Shown: positions 28,961 through 40,143 of the stretch, piece by piece | How positions within the stretch are numbered: position 1 is the stretch's first letter | Layout of the letters: every line of letters starts with the position of its first letter | Assembly (NCBI GenBank): GCA_049242285.1 | Contig: JBMLPD010000472.1 | Span: 6,279 to 70,278 of the forward strand | Source of the DNA: Rubrivivax sp. | GTDB taxonomy: Bacteria; Pseudomonadota; Gammaproteobacteria; Burkholderiales; Burkholderiaceae_C | Reading direction: 5' to 3' | DNA length: 64,000 bases | Made by a program: the position numbers and the translations under genes | The notes under the pieces: model-generated | Told to the model about the DNA's origin: nothing | Database searches by the model: none | What the model saw: only the letters and a program-made list of their open reading frames with translations

Positions 28961-30697
28961 ATGGACCTGGAAACCACATCCGCCGGACCCCGATCTGCGC
29001 AGCCCCCGACCGCTGGCCCGCCAGGCCAGCCGGTGCAGGCCACAAGTACCGGGCCCGGCGCCCCTTCAGTGCACGCCCGCAAGGCCGCTCGCGCACAGAC
29101 ACACCAGGTGCTGGGCACTGGCGGACCCTGGCCCCTGCATGGCACCCAAGGTTCCCGGCTCATCGACAGACACCGGCTCAAGCAGTGGCCGCATGGGCAG
29201 CTCATGGCCTGGGCGGGCCTTTGCTCCGCGCGCTGGGCCCTGTCGATGGCGCCCCATGCCCGCCGCATCTGGGTCGCCGCAGGTCCGGGGGGTAACGGGG
29301 GCGACGGGCTGCACGCGGCCATGCATCTGTCTGGCGTGGGCAAGGACGTGACCATCACACTTCATGCCGATCAGCACCGTCTGCACCCCGACGCCCAGAC
29401 GGCGCTCCAGCGAGCCCTGGACGCGGGTTGTCGCGTGGCCGAACAGCCTCCTCACGGCGGGGCAGACCTGGTGATCGATGCGTTGCTGGGCCTGGGTGCG
29501 AGCCGCGCCCTGAGCTCGGACATGGCAGCCGTCGTCCAGGCCATCAACGATCAGGCCTGCCCTCGCCTGTCCATCGACCTGCCCACCGGCCTGGATGCCG
29601 ACACAGGCCAGGCACTTGGGGGCGGATGGGTCCGGGCACAGGCCACACTCAGCCTGTTGACCCTGAAGCCCGGCCTGTTCATGGGCCATGGCCGAGATGC
29701 CGCGGGAAGCATCTGGTTCAACCCGCTCGACGACAGCCCGCTGACCGAACCTGTCGACCCCGTGGCCTGGACGGTCGGGCCCGTAGCGCGCTCGGGCAGC
29801 GGGAACTTCCGGCCGCACGCCAGTCACAAGGGCCGCTTCGGCGACGTCGTCTTGATCGGTGGCGCCGAGGGCATGACGGGCGCGCTGCGTCTGGCAGCGC
29901 ACGCCGCCCTGGCCGCCGGTGCCGGCCGGGTGCTGGCTGTGCCCCTGCACCCGTCCATGACCCTGGAAGACGGGGCGCGCCCGGAGTGCATGTGGATGCG
30001 CCCTGAACAATGGCCGGAAATCGCGCTGGAACAGGCCACGGTGGTGTGCGGATGCGGCGGCGCCACTGCTGTGGACCGATGGCTGCCCGAGGTGTTGGCC
30101 CGGTCCGCACGGCTGGTGCTCGATGCAGACGCCCTGAACGCCGTGGCGCGCCAGGCGGCGTTGCAGCAGGCCTTGCAGTCCCGGCTTGCCAGGGGCCAGG
30201 CCAGCGTGCTGACGCCCCACCCGCTGGAGGCCGCCAGGCTGCTGGGCTGCTCGGTGCAGCAGATTCAGGCGGACAGGCTCCAGGCCGCAGCCCGGATCAG
30301 CCGCCTGCACGCATCCACCACCGTGCTCAAGGGCTCCGGGACCGTCATCGCCACGCCCGGGCGGCTGCCGGGGATCAACATCACGGGCAACGGCGCGCTG
30401 GCCACGGCGGGCACCGGAGATGTCCTGGCGGGCTGGCTTGCAGGCCGTTGGTCCAGCACCCTGCACGGGTCTGAGACACCGGCGGCGCCGGATCCACCAA
30501 AGGCCGATCAAGGCCCGGACACGGACGCGGACAGGGGCACCGATGCGGGCTGGTGGGCGGCTCCGGCGCTCGGGCAGGCGCATCGCGTGGCGTGCGAGGC
30601 CGTCCGCCATCATGGCCGGGCGGCGGATCTTCACGGTACAGCGCAGGCCCTGCGCGCTTCAGACCTGGTGGAGCGCATGCACCGCCTGCTGCGCTGA
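28961..30697 (+). CDS. nnr: Bifunctional NAD(P)H-hydrate repair enzyme Nnr (epimerase / ADP-dependent dehydratase)
   Basis: YjeF_N ..WVAAGPGGNGGDG.. fused to the dehydratase ..HKGRFGDVVLIGG.. and ..GTGDVLAG... The 5' end is uncertain: the first ~49 codons have weaker third-position GC, and GTG 29108 is an alternative start. Confidence 0.85.
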   Translation: MDLETTSAGPRSAQPPTAGPPGQPVQATSTGPGAPSVHARKAARAQTHQVLGTGGPWPLHGTQGSRLIDRHRLKQWPHGQLMAWAGLCSARWALSMAPHARRIWVAAGPGGNGGDGLHAAMHLSGVGKDVTITLHADQHRLHPDAQTALQRALDAGCRVAEQPPHGGADLVIDALLGLGASRALSSDMAAVVQAINDQACPRLSIDLPTGLDADTGQALGGGWVRAQATLSLLTLKPGLFMGHGRDAAGSIWFNPLDDSPLTEPVDPVAWTVGPVARSGSGNFRPHASHKGRFGDVVLIGGAEGMTGALRLAAHAALAAGAGRVLAVPLHPSMTLEDGARPECMWMRPEQWPEIALEQATVVCGCGGATAVDRWLPEVLARSARLVLDADALNAVARQAALQQALQSRLARGQASVLTPHPLEAARLLGCSVQQIQADRLQAAARISRLHASTTVLKGSGTVIATPGRLPGINITGNGALATAGTGDVLAGWLAGRWSSTLHGSETPAAPDPPKADQGPDTDADRGTDAGWWAAPALGQAHRVACEAVRHHGRAADLHGTAQALRASDLVERMHRLLR

Positions 30698-30704
30698 CCA
30701 CACG

Positions 30705-30728
30705 CGGCCCGCCCGGCAACGCGGGCCG
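30705..30728. terminator. GC hairpin between convergent nnr and rnr
   Basis: CGGCCCGC-N8-GCGGGCCG (8 bp) between the nnr stop (30695..30697) and the rnr stop (30747..30749). No clear U-tract. Confidence 0.4.
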
Positions 30729-30746
30729 GGCATGCAGCGCAGCGCC

Positions 30747-33062
30747 TCAGGGCTGGCGCCGGGCGCGTTTGCCCGAGGCGGCTGATTTGGCCTTGCCCGA
30801 AGGCTTGTCGCGCTGGGCCGCGTTCCTGGAGGGTGACGCCGCGGCCCGAGACTTTCGGCCCCGGGACTTGACTTCCCTGTCCTGCGCCCGCGTTGCTGCC
30901 AACAGTTCCACCGAACTTGCCGACGAAGAACGGTCCGTCGCCGGGGTTTTTGATCGGGTGGCGGCCCAGGTCGCGGCCCCGTCCTTGACCATTCTGAAGT
31001 CGATGCGCCGTCCGTCGAGATCGACACGGCTGACCTGAACCCGCACCCGCGTGCCGACGCCGTAGCGCATGCCGCTGCGATCGCCACGCAGTTCCTGGCG
31101 AAGCTCATCGAAGCGGAAATACTCGCCCCCCAGTTCCGTGACGTGCACCAGGCCTTCGACATGCAACTCGTCCAGCGTGACGAACAGGCCGAAGCCCACC
31201 ACCGAGGTGACCGTCCCCTGGAACTCCTCGCCCAGGCGATCCTTCATGAAGCGGCACTTCAACCAGGCCTCCACATCACGGGAGGCTTCATCGGCGCGGC
31301 GCTCGCTCGCACTCGTGTGCAGACCGGCCGCCTGCCAGGCCAGCGCCTGCTTGTCCTGGGCGCGCACCGGCGCTGGCGCTGCACCTTTCGGTGAGGGCGC
31401 CCTGCGCGGCTGGGGAGGCATCCGCAGGACGGACGGTACGAAGCGGTAGGTCTTCTGCCCCAGCAAGGCCTTGATCACGCGGTGCACCAGCAGGTCAGGG
31501 TAACGGCGGATGGGGCTCGTGAAGTGCGTGTAGGCCTCGAAGGACAGACCAAAGTGCCCACTGTTGATCGGCGTGTACACCGCCTGCTGCATGGACCGCA
31601 GCAGCATCTGGTGTATCTGGGCCGCATCCGGCCGATCACGCGTGGCCTCTGCCACCGACTGCATCTCGGCAGGACGGGGGTCATCGCTGATCGACAGCCC
31701 GATGCCCAGTGCGCGCAGATAGTTCTGCAGGGTCACCCTCTTCTCGGGCGTGGGACCCTCATGGACGCGGTACAGCGATGCGTGGCCGCCTTGCTCGATG
31801 AAGTGCGCCGCACAGACGTTGGCCGCCAGCATGGACTCCTCGATGAGCCGATGCGCCTCGGTCCGGGTGCGGGGGACGATTCTTTCGATACGCCCGGATT
31901 CATCGCACACGATCTGGGTCTCGGTGGTGTCGAAATCGACCGCACCGCGGCGGGCACGCTGCTTGAGCAGCGCCCGGTAGACCTCGTGCAAATGAATGAG
32001 ATGGGGAACCATCGGGGCGTACCTGGCAGCCTCGGGTCCCCGCGTGTTGCCGAGGATGGCCGCCACTTCGGCATAGGTGAACCGGGCGTGCGACCGTATC
32101 ACCGCGCGATAGAACTGATAGGCCTGGACCTCGCCCTGCGCATCGACCAGCATGTCGCAGACCATGGCCAGCCGGTCCTCGTCCGGATTCAACGAACACA
32201 GTCCGTTGGACAGGCGCTCCGGCAGCATGGGGATGACGCGTCGCGGAAAGTACACCGAGGTGGCGCGCTCGTAGGCTTCCGTGTCGAGTGCCGAACCCGG
32301 CTTCACGTAATGGCTCACGTCGGCAATGGCCACGATCAATCGCCACTGGGGCATCGCACCCGGGCCCTTGACCTGCGGCAAAGGCTCGCAGTAGACCGCA
32401 TCGTCGAAATCGCGGGCGTCCTCGCCGTCGATCGTCACCAGCGGCACATCGGTCAGGTCCACCCTCTGCCGGCGGTCATTGGCACGGATCGCGCAGGGCA
32501 GCGCTTGAGCCTCCAGCACCACTGCAGCGGGAAACTCGTGGGGCACGCCGTACTTGCGCACCGCGATCTCGATTTCCATGCCTGGGTCGTCAATCTCGCC
32601 CAGCACCTCGACCACCCGCCCCACGGGCTTGGCATGCAGAGACGGCGCTTCGATCAACTCCACCGACACCACCTGCCCCAACTGTGCGCTGCCCACACCG
32701 CCTTTGGGCACGAGGATGTCCTGGCCGTAGCGGCGGTCTTCGGGGGCGACGATCCAGCCACCGCTTTCCAGGAGCAGGCGGCCGATGAGCGGGGTCTTGG
32801 GCCGCGACAGGATGTCCAGCACCCGGCCCTCGGGCCGACCCTTGCGGTCCTGTCGAACGATGCGGACGCTGACCTCGTCGCCATGCAGCACGCCGCGCAT
32901 CTCGGCGGGCGGCAGAAAGATCGACCCCTGGCCATCGTGACGCTGCACGAATCCGTGTCCGTCCCGGTGGCCTTCGACACGGCCCTGGACCTCTCCGAGC
33001 AGGTCTGGTGAAGAGGTTGATTCAGGCTCTGAACCTGGGTGGTTGATTTTCGAATTCTTGAT
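30747..33062 (-). CDS. rnr: Ribonuclease R (5' end unresolved)
   Basis: CSD-like ..GRVEGHRDGHGFV.., RNB ..VTIDGEDARDFDDAVY.. and ..HFGLSFEAYTHFTSPIRRYPDL.., an S1 domain, and a basic C-tail. The ORF extends to 33203 only by reading through the antisense tRNA-Leu. There is no ATG/GTG/TTG before the CSD; the end is placed provisionally at ATC 33062. Confidence 0.85.
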   Translation of the reverse strand: MKNSKINHPGSEPESTSSPDLLGEVQGRVEGHRDGHGFVQRHDGQGSIFLPPAEMRGVLHGDEVSVRIVRQDRKGRPEGRVLDILSRPKTPLIGRLLLESGGWIVAPEDRRYGQDILVPKGGVGSAQLGQVVSVELIEAPSLHAKPVGRVVEVLGEIDDPGMEIEIAVRKYGVPHEFPAAVVLEAQALPCAIRANDRRQRVDLTDVPLVTIDGEDARDFDDAVYCEPLPQVKGPGAMPQWRLIVAIADVSHYVKPGSALDTEAYERATSVYFPRRVIPMLPERLSNGLCSLNPDEDRLAMVCDMLVDAQGEVQAYQFYRAVIRSHARFTYAEVAAILGNTRGPEAARYAPMVPHLIHLHEVYRALLKQRARRGAVDFDTTETQIVCDESGRIERIVPRTRTEAHRLIEESMLAANVCAAHFIEQGGHASLYRVHEGPTPEKRVTLQNYLRALGIGLSISDDPRPAEMQSVAEATRDRPDAAQIHQMLLRSMQQAVYTPINSGHFGLSFEAYTHFTSPIRRYPDLLVHRVIKALLGQKTYRFVPSVLRMPPQPRRAPSPKGAAPAPVRAQDKQALAWQAAGLHTSASERRADEASRDVEAWLKCRFMKDRLGEEFQGTVTSVVGFGLFVTLDELHVEGLVHVTELGGEYFRFDELRQELRGDRSGMRYGVGTRVRVQVSRVDLDGRRIDFRMVKDGAATWAATRSKTPATDRSSSASSVELLAATRAQDREVKSRGRKSRAAASPSRNAAQRDKPSGKAKSAASGKRARRQP

Positions 33063-33070
33063 GATAGACT
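33043..33070 (+). promoter_or_regulatory. Candidate sigma70 promoter for tRNA-Leu
   Basis: TTGATT (33043..33048), 16-nt spacer, TAGACT (33065..33070). It lies in the only AT-rich patch of the region, 18 nt upstream of the tRNA 5' end. Confidence 0.45.
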
Positions 33071-33087
33071 CTTGGTTTTCCTGAAAT

Positions 33088-33172
<85 letters not shown>

Positions 33173-33203
33173 TACACGACAGCGTCCTCGACCCTGTCAT
33201 CAC

Positions 33204-33227
33204 AGCCGGTCAATGACCGGCTTTTTT
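33204..33227 (+). terminator. Rho-independent terminator after tRNA-Leu
   Basis: AGCCGGTC-aat-GACCGGCT followed by TTTTTT (33222..33227). It also lies 19 nt beyond the stop of the convergent PRTase gene, so it may act in both directions. Confidence 0.7.
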
Positions 33228-33245
33228 CATGGTCGCACGCGCAGA

Positions 33246-33767
33246 TCAGACTTCATACCTCTTGGCCAGTTCGGCTGGTCGCAGGCCGTCGTATTCCTCG
33301 AAGGGCTGATGTATCCAGGGACTGGTGGGCAAGGGCTCGACGAAATACTCGGGGACGTACGAAGAAGCAGCCTTGACCCAGATCACGGCCGTGCGCAACT
33401 CCGAGATGGCGGGCATGGCCCTGAGCCGGTCCACCACCGCCCTGAGCGTGACACCGGAATCGGCCAGGTCATCCACCAGCAGCACCCGGCCAGCCAGTTC
33501 GCCCTTTGGCAGCGTGATGTACTTGGCAAGATCCAGCCTGCCCTGGATGGTGCCCGCCTCGGCCCGGTACGAGCTGGTGGACATGATCGCCAGCGGCTTG
33601 TCGAAAATTCGTGACAACACGTCGCCAGGGCGCATGCCTCCACGGGCCAGGCACAGGATCTGGTCGAACTCCCAGCCGCTGTGGGCGACCTTGAGCGCCA
33701 ACCGCTCGATGTGCCGGTGGTACTCGTCCCACGACACGTACAGATGCTTGCCGTCGTCGGTGAGCAT
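33246..33767 (-). CDS. Phosphoribosyltransferase (purine PRTase-like)
   Basis: PRPP-binding motif ..GRVLLVDDLADSGVTL..; AGGAGG Shine-Dalgarno sequence before the ATG; lies downstream of purA. Confidence 0.85.
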   Translation of the reverse strand: MLTDDGKHLYVSWDEYHRHIERLALKVAHSGWEFDQILCLARGGMRPGDVLSRIFDKPLAIMSTSSYRAEAGTIQGRLDLAKYITLPKGELAGRVLLVDDLADSGVTLRAVVDRLRAMPAISELRTAVIWVKAASSYVPEYFVEPLPTSPWIHQPFEEYDGLRPAELAKRYEV

Positions 33768-33779
33768 GGAATCTCCTCC

Positions 33780-35144
<1,365 letters not shown>

Positions 35145-36308
35145 TCAGAGGGGCCTCATGACCCATTGGCCGGCAATGTTCACCAGTTCCCGGTCGAAGG
35201 TGCGGCCAGATTCCTGCGCCATCGCTCCCGGGAAATCAGACACCACCGTCTCGCCGGCCTCTCGAAGGCGCCGCACGGCAGACTTGAGCGCGGCATCATC
35301 AGACCAGGGGGCCCGAACCGCCTGCCCAGGGGACGGGGGCTCGGTCAGGGCCGCAACGGCCTTGAGGTCCAGACTGAAACCTGCCGCGGGGCGGTTGCGG
35401 CCAAAGACAGCACCGACCTCATCGTAGCGCCCGCCGCGGGCCAGGGCCTCGGCGCTGCCGTCCGCATACACGGCAAATCGCACGCCACTGTAGTAGGCGT
35501 AGCCGCCCATGTCGGCCAGGTCGAAGCTCACGCGGAGCTGCGGGTGATCGGCCTCAAGGCGGCAGGCAAGCCAGTCCAGCTGGCTCAACGCAGCAGCAAT
35601 CAGCGGGTGCTGCGGCAACTGCTGCCGGGCCCGCTGCAGAACCTCTCGATCTCCGAAGAGATCCAGCAGACTCTGCAGACCCTGCCGGGTGTGCGCGGGA
35701 AAGGCCCGCAACAGCGGCCCCAGCGACGCCGCGTCCTTGTGCGACAGGGCCTCGACGACATCGCGCACCACCGAAGGATCCGGGCGAACGTCTGCCAGCA
35801 AACCCTTGAGGATGCGCGCATCGGCGAGGTCAATGCCCGGACGCGACGCGCCGGCATCGGCGAGCACTTCAAGCGCAAGCTCCTGGACCTCCAGGTCAGA
35901 CTCGGGTCCGGCATGTCCGAAGACCTCCGCGCCGAACTGCAGAGGCTCGCGGGAACTGCCGGGCGCTGACTTCTGCGCATGCAACACCGGGCCGCAATAG
36001 CAGAGCCTGGTGACACCGGGACGGTTCAACAGGTGTGCGTCGATGCGGGCGGCCTGGGCAGTGGTGTCAGCCCGCAGGCCGAGCATGCGGCCACTCAACT
36101 GATCCACCAGCTTGAAAGTCTGCAGGTCCAGTTCGTGACCTGTGCCTGACAGCAGGGACTCCAGGTGCTCCAGAAGGGGGGGAATCACAAGTTCGAAGCC
36201 GCGCCTGCCGGCCTGATCGATCAGGCGCCTGCGCAGGGCCTCGATCTGAAGAGCTTGCGCAGGCAGCACGTCTGCGATGTGTTCAGGCAACAGCCAAGCT
36301 CTGGACAT
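35145..36308 (-). CDS. hisZ: ATP phosphoribosyltransferase regulatory subunit HisZ
   Basis: Class-II aaRS-like: MSRAWLLPEHIADVLPAQALQIEALRRRLID..LVDQLSGRMLGLRADTT..; ORF 35145..36626 trimmed to ATG 36308. Confidence 0.9.
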   Translation of the reverse strand: MSRAWLLPEHIADVLPAQALQIEALRRRLIDQAGRRGFELVIPPLLEHLESLLSGTGHELDLQTFKLVDQLSGRMLGLRADTTAQAARIDAHLLNRPGVTRLCYCGPVLHAQKSAPGSSREPLQFGAEVFGHAGPESDLEVQELALEVLADAGASRPGIDLADARILKGLLADVRPDPSVVRDVVEALSHKDAASLGPLLRAFPAHTRQGLQSLLDLFGDREVLQRARQQLPQHPLIAAALSQLDWLACRLEADHPQLRVSFDLADMGGYAYYSGVRFAVYADGSAEALARGGRYDEVGAVFGRNRPAAGFSLDLKAVAALTEPPSPGQAVRAPWSDDAALKSAVRRLREAGETVVSDFPGAMAQESGRTFDRELVNIAGQWVMRPL

Positions 36309-36334
36309 GAAACGGGTGGCGACGAAAACCGCAG

Positions 36335-36340
36335 ATTGTA
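36335..36340 (-). promoter_or_regulatory. -10-like hexamer TACAAT upstream of hisZ
   Basis: Forward attgta, 27 nt upstream of the hisZ ATG, in the 134-nt DUF2065-hisZ spacer. Confidence 0.3.
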
Positions 36341-36442
36341 GGGTGGAGCACCTGAGGCAGGGCTTGTGATGCGGCGTTTGCACCCGTCCGCGCGCGGCCG
36401 TGACCTTGCAGGCCCTGGCGTCGCGGCTTGCGCCGTCCTTCG

Positions 36443-36637
36443 TCAGGCCGCGGTGGAGTTCAGCGTGGCGATGAGCAGGCCGGCAAGCACACTCAGCAAG
36501 CCGATGAAACGAAGCTGCCCATCCTTGAGTTGAAGCGCCCGCTCGAAAGCCTTGCGCCATGACCGCGGGCTGCACAAGGGCAGCAGGCCCTCCAGCACCA
36601 GCAGCAGCGCCAGCGCACCCCACCACCCATCCAGCAA
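36443..36637 (-). CDS. DUF2065 (YjeT-like) small membrane protein
   Basis: ..WWGALALLLVLEGLLPLCSPRSWRKAFERALQLKDGQLRFIGLLSVLAGLL... Same position after hflC as E. coli yjeT. Start placed at TTG 36637, preceded by AGGAGG; the ORF opens with GTG 36655. Confidence 0.75.
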   Translation of the reverse strand: MLDGWWGALALLLVLEGLLPLCSPRSWRKAFERALQLKDGQLRFIGLLSVLAGLLIATLNSTAA

Positions 36638-36654
36638 GCCGGCCTCCTGCAGCA

Positions 36655-37548
36655 CTACTTTCTGGAGGGGGCCGGCCCCGCAGCGCCCTGCCCCCGCATG
36701 GCCCTGAAGAAGTCGCTGCCAGGCTCCACCACCATCACATCAGACTTGCTTCGGAAAGTGGCCCGGTAGGCCTCCAGGCTGCGATAGAACTGGGCGAACT
36801 GGGGGTCACGGCCGAAAGATTCCGCATACAGCGCCGATGCCTTGGCATCGCCCTCACCCTTGATCTTCTGGGCGTCCCTGTAGGCCTCGGCAATGATCAC
36901 TTCCCGCTGCCGATCGGCGTCGGCCCTGATCTTTTCGCCCTCGGCCGCTCCCTGTGAGCGAAGCTCATTGGCCACCTGCTTGCGCTCGGACTCCATCCGG
37001 CGATAGACGGAGTCCGTGATGTCGGCGACGAAATCGACGCGCTTGATCCGGACGTCGATGATCTCGATACCGAAGGACTTGGCCTCATCCGCAAGCCGGC
37101 TGCGCACGTCATTCATGACCTTCTCACGTTCGCGCGACAGCACGCTGCGCACATCCCGCTTGGTCACTTCCTCGTTGAAGGCGGCCTGCACCACTGGGCT
37201 GAGCCGGCTTTCCAGGTTGCGAAAGTCCACGCCGTTGTTGCGGATGAACTGACGTGGCTCGCTGATGCGCCACTTCACCAGCCAGTCGATGACCAGACTC
37301 TTTTTCTCCGCGGTGAAGATGGGACGGGTCTCCGGGCTGTCGAGGGTCTGCACACGCTTGTCCAGAAACACCACGTTCTGGAAAGGCGGCGGCAGCTTCC
37401 ACTTCAGCCCGGGTTCGGTGATGACTTCCTTGATCTCACCGAGTGCGTAGATCACGCCCACCTGGCGCTGATCCACGACGAAAAGCGTCGAGCCGGCGAT
37501 CAGGGTCAAGGCCAGCAGGCCCGAGAGAGCAATGCCAATGCGGTTCAT
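36655..37548 (-). CDS. hflC: Protease modulator HflC (SPFH/band-7)
   Basis: MNRIGIALSGLLALTLIAGSTLFVVDQRQVGVIYALGEI..; trimmed to ATG 37548. Confidence 0.95.
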   Translation of the reverse strand: MNRIGIALSGLLALTLIAGSTLFVVDQRQVGVIYALGEIKEVITEPGLKWKLPPPFQNVVFLDKRVQTLDSPETRPIFTAEKKSLVIDWLVKWRISEPRQFIRNNGVDFRNLESRLSPVVQAAFNEEVTKRDVRSVLSREREKVMNDVRSRLADEAKSFGIEIIDVRIKRVDFVADITDSVYRRMESERKQVANELRSQGAAEGEKIRADADRQREVIIAEAYRDAQKIKGEGDAKASALYAESFGRDPQFAQFYRSLEAYRATFRSKSDVMVVEPGSDFFRAMRGQGAAGPAPSRK

Positions 37549-37562
37549 GGGGCGATCTCCAA

Positions 37563-38891
37563 TCAACGGCCTTCACGGTCGCGCATGCGCGAACCGTCAC
37601 GCGACCTGACGTCGGCGGGTGGGGCCGTTCCCGCCGCGGTGGGGACGTCTGTTGCCGGCGCGGCGGCGGGCGCCGCAGCCGGCGAGGCACCTTGCTGCTG
37701 GAGGATCTTGTCCAGCGGAAGGTACAGGAGGTTGGACCCGCTGCGGGTGTCCACCATCACCTTCGTGACGTTGGAATAGACCTGCTGCATCGTCTCGAGG
37801 TACAGGCGGTCGCGCGTGACGGCCGGCGCCTTCTGGTACTCGGTCAGCACGGACTTGAAGCGCTGCGCATCGCCTTCGGCCTGCGCGATGACGCGGGAGC
37901 GATAGCCCTCGGACTCTTCGCGCAAGCGCGCTGCAGTGCCCCGCGCCTTGGGGATCACGTCACTGGCGTAGGCCTGACCCTCGTTCTTGAAGCGGTCCCG
38001 GTCAGCGCCCGCCTTGAAGGCATCGTTGAAGGCCGCCTGCACCTGTTCGGGAACCTGGACGTTCTGCACGTTGACATTGGCCACCACGATGCCCGCATTG
38101 AGGCGGTCCAACTGAGCCTGCAGGGACTTCATGAGGTCCGTGGCAATGGCGTCCCGTTGCTCATACAGCACCTGGTCCACCTTGCTTCGACCCACGATCT
38201 CCCGCACGGCGGACTCTGCGGCCTGGACCACCGCCTCGTCCGGGCGGAAGTTCTCGAACAGATAGGCCCGGGCATCCTTGAGCCGGTATTGCACGGTGAA
38301 ACGGATGTCGACGATGTTTTCGTCCTCGGTGAGCATGGAAGAGTCGCGCAAGCCGGTGGCGGGCACCACCGTGTTGCGGCCGACTTCCACGGACCGCAAC
38401 TGCGTGACGCTGACCGTCTCATGGGCCTGGAAGGGATAAGGGAACCGCCACTGGAAACCGGCATCAGCAGTGTGGCTGTACTTGCCGAAGGACGTCACCA
38501 CGGCTTGCTGGCCTTCCTGCACGATGAAGAAACCACTGCCCAGCCACACCAATGCAGCCACGCCAGCGATCAGACCCCCGCCGATGCCGGCATTGCGCAG
38601 GTTGGGCGGCGGCCGGGAACCATCGCCCGAGGGCTCCCGCTGCGGCCCGCTGCCCGGGCCCTTGCCACGGAACAAGCCGTTGAGCTTCCGGTTGAAGTCG
38701 CGCCACAGCTCATCAAGATCGGGCGGCCCGTCCGGGCGGCCGCTGGACATCAGCCACCGGCCACGCAGGCGCGAAGCCGCCGCGGCAAACCAAGCCCGCA
38801 AGGTTTCCAGCACGATTCGGCGCGGGCGAAGGCTCGGCAAGGAAGGGGTTGCCAAGCCTGGGCCGCTGGGGTCTGAGGGTGAAGTGTTCAT
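37563..38891 (-). CDS. hflK: Protease modulator HflK (SPFH/band-7)
   Basis: ..GPPDLDELWRDFNRKLNGLF.., a TM segment and the SPFH domain. ATG 38891 overlaps the hflX stop as ATGA. ATG 38750 is a shorter alternative. Confidence 0.9.
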   Translation of the reverse strand: MNTSPSDPSGPGLATPSLPSLRPRRIVLETLRAWFAAAASRLRGRWLMSSGRPDGPPDLDELWRDFNRKLNGLFRGKGPGSGPQREPSGDGSRPPPNLRNAGIGGGLIAGVAALVWLGSGFFIVQEGQQAVVTSFGKYSHTADAGFQWRFPYPFQAHETVSVTQLRSVEVGRNTVVPATGLRDSSMLTEDENIVDIRFTVQYRLKDARAYLFENFRPDEAVVQAAESAVREIVGRSKVDQVLYEQRDAIATDLMKSLQAQLDRLNAGIVVANVNVQNVQVPEQVQAAFNDAFKAGADRDRFKNEGQAYASDVIPKARGTAARLREESEGYRSRVIAQAEGDAQRFKSVLTEYQKAPAVTRDRLYLETMQQVYSNVTKVMVDTRSGSNLLYLPLDKILQQQGASPAAAPAAAPATDVPTAAGTAPPADVRSRDGSRMRDREGR

Positions 38892-40096
38892 GAGTCGCTC
38901 TGCTCAGCGTACGTAAGGGTTTGGCCGTGGGAGTCCAGCGCATCATCGGCCTGGGCATGCGGCAGGCGTGTGGCGCAGTCAGCGATCACCCCCCGCAAAG
39001 CGTCCAGCCCCGTCCCGTCCAGCGCACTGACGAAGACGCGGGTCACCTGCCGGCCGGCGCGGTCCTCGAAGGTGTCGACAAGATTTCGAGGACGCGCCGA
39101 AACCTCCAGGCGGTCCAGCTTGTTGCACACCAGGATCTGCGGCACGCCGGCGGCGCCGATGTCCTCCAGCACACGGTCGACCTCCTCCTTGTGCTCGTGC
39201 AGGACCGCGCTTGAAGCATCCATCACATGAAGCAGCAGGTCCGCATCCACGGCCTCTGAAAGCGTGGCCTGGAAGGCTTCCACGAGCTTGTGCGGCAGGT
39301 CGCGGATGAAGCCCACCGTATCCGACAGCGAGACGGATGACCGGGCCTGTTCCAGCCACATGGCCCGGGTGGTGGTGTCCAGAGTGGCGAACAACTGGTC
39401 TGCGGCGTAGCTGCGGGCCTTGACCAGGGCATTGAAAAGCGTTGACTTGCCGGCGTTGGTGTAGCCCACCAGCGATACCTTGAAGGTACCGCGCCTCAAG
39501 CGGGCCCGTCGCTGGGTGACGCGCTGCTTCTTCACTCTTTCCAGGCGCGCCTTGACGCTCTTGATCCGCTCCGAGATCATGCGCCGATCCAGCTCGATCT
39601 GGGTCTCACCCGGCCCGCCTCGCGTACCGATGCCGCCGCGCTGACGCTCCAGATGCGACCACCTGCGCACCAAGCGCGTGGACAGGTACTGCAGGCGCGC
39701 CAGCTCCACCTGAAGCTTGCCCTCGTGGCTCTGGGCCCGGTCGCCGAAGATGTCCAGGATCAGCGCGGTGCGGTCAGACACGGGCACGCCAAGAAACTGC
39801 TCGAGGTTGCGCTGCTGCACCGGGCTCAAGGCCTGGTCGAAGATGACGCCGTGCGCAGACGTTCCGTTCACGAGAGCCTTGATTTCCTCCGCCTTGCCGG
39901 AACCGACGAACAACGCGGCATCGGGCGCCTTGCGTCGCGCCGTGATGCGCGCCACGGGTTCATCACCAGCGGAACTGGCCAGCAGAGCCAACTCCTCGAG
40001 CTCGGCATCAAACCAGGCCCCCTGCCCGAAATCAACGCCCACCAGCACGGCGCGCGGCTCGTGACCGACGGCTGACGAATCAGGCAGCGTCTTCAA
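38888..40096 (-). CDS. hflX: GTPase HflX
   Basis: ..VSLVGYTNAGKSTLFNAL.., ..DTVGFIRDLPHKLVEAF... The ORF opens with TTG, so the start is uncertain. Confidence 0.93.
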   Translation of the reverse strand: MKTLPDSSAVGHEPRAVLVGVDFGQGAWFDAELEELALLASSAGDEPVARITARRKAPDAALFVGSGKAEEIKALVNGTSAHGVIFDQALSPVQQRNLEQFLGVPVSDRTALILDIFGDRAQSHEGKLQVELARLQYLSTRLVRRWSHLERQRGGIGTRGGPGETQIELDRRMISERIKSVKARLERVKKQRVTQRRARLRRGTFKVSLVGYTNAGKSTLFNALVKARSYAADQLFATLDTTTRAMWLEQARSSVSLSDTVGFIRDLPHKLVEAFQATLSEAVDADLLLHVMDASSAVLHEHKEEVDRVLEDIGAAGVPQILVCNKLDRLEVSARPRNLVDTFEDRAGRQVTRVFVSALDGTGLDALRGVIADCATRLPHAQADDALDSHGQTLTYAEQSDS

Positions 40097-40143
40097 GGTT
40101 GGGGGAAGGTCCGAAGCAGACCGGTCCGGGCCGGGCGCGGGCC

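Noticed and set aside
29066-30634. 522-aa minus-strand ORF antisense to nnr
   Set aside because: The plus-strand frame carries the diagnostic Nnr motifs (GGNGGDG, HKGRFGD, GTGDVLAG). The minus-strand translation is Arg/Pro/Gly-rich with no motifs.
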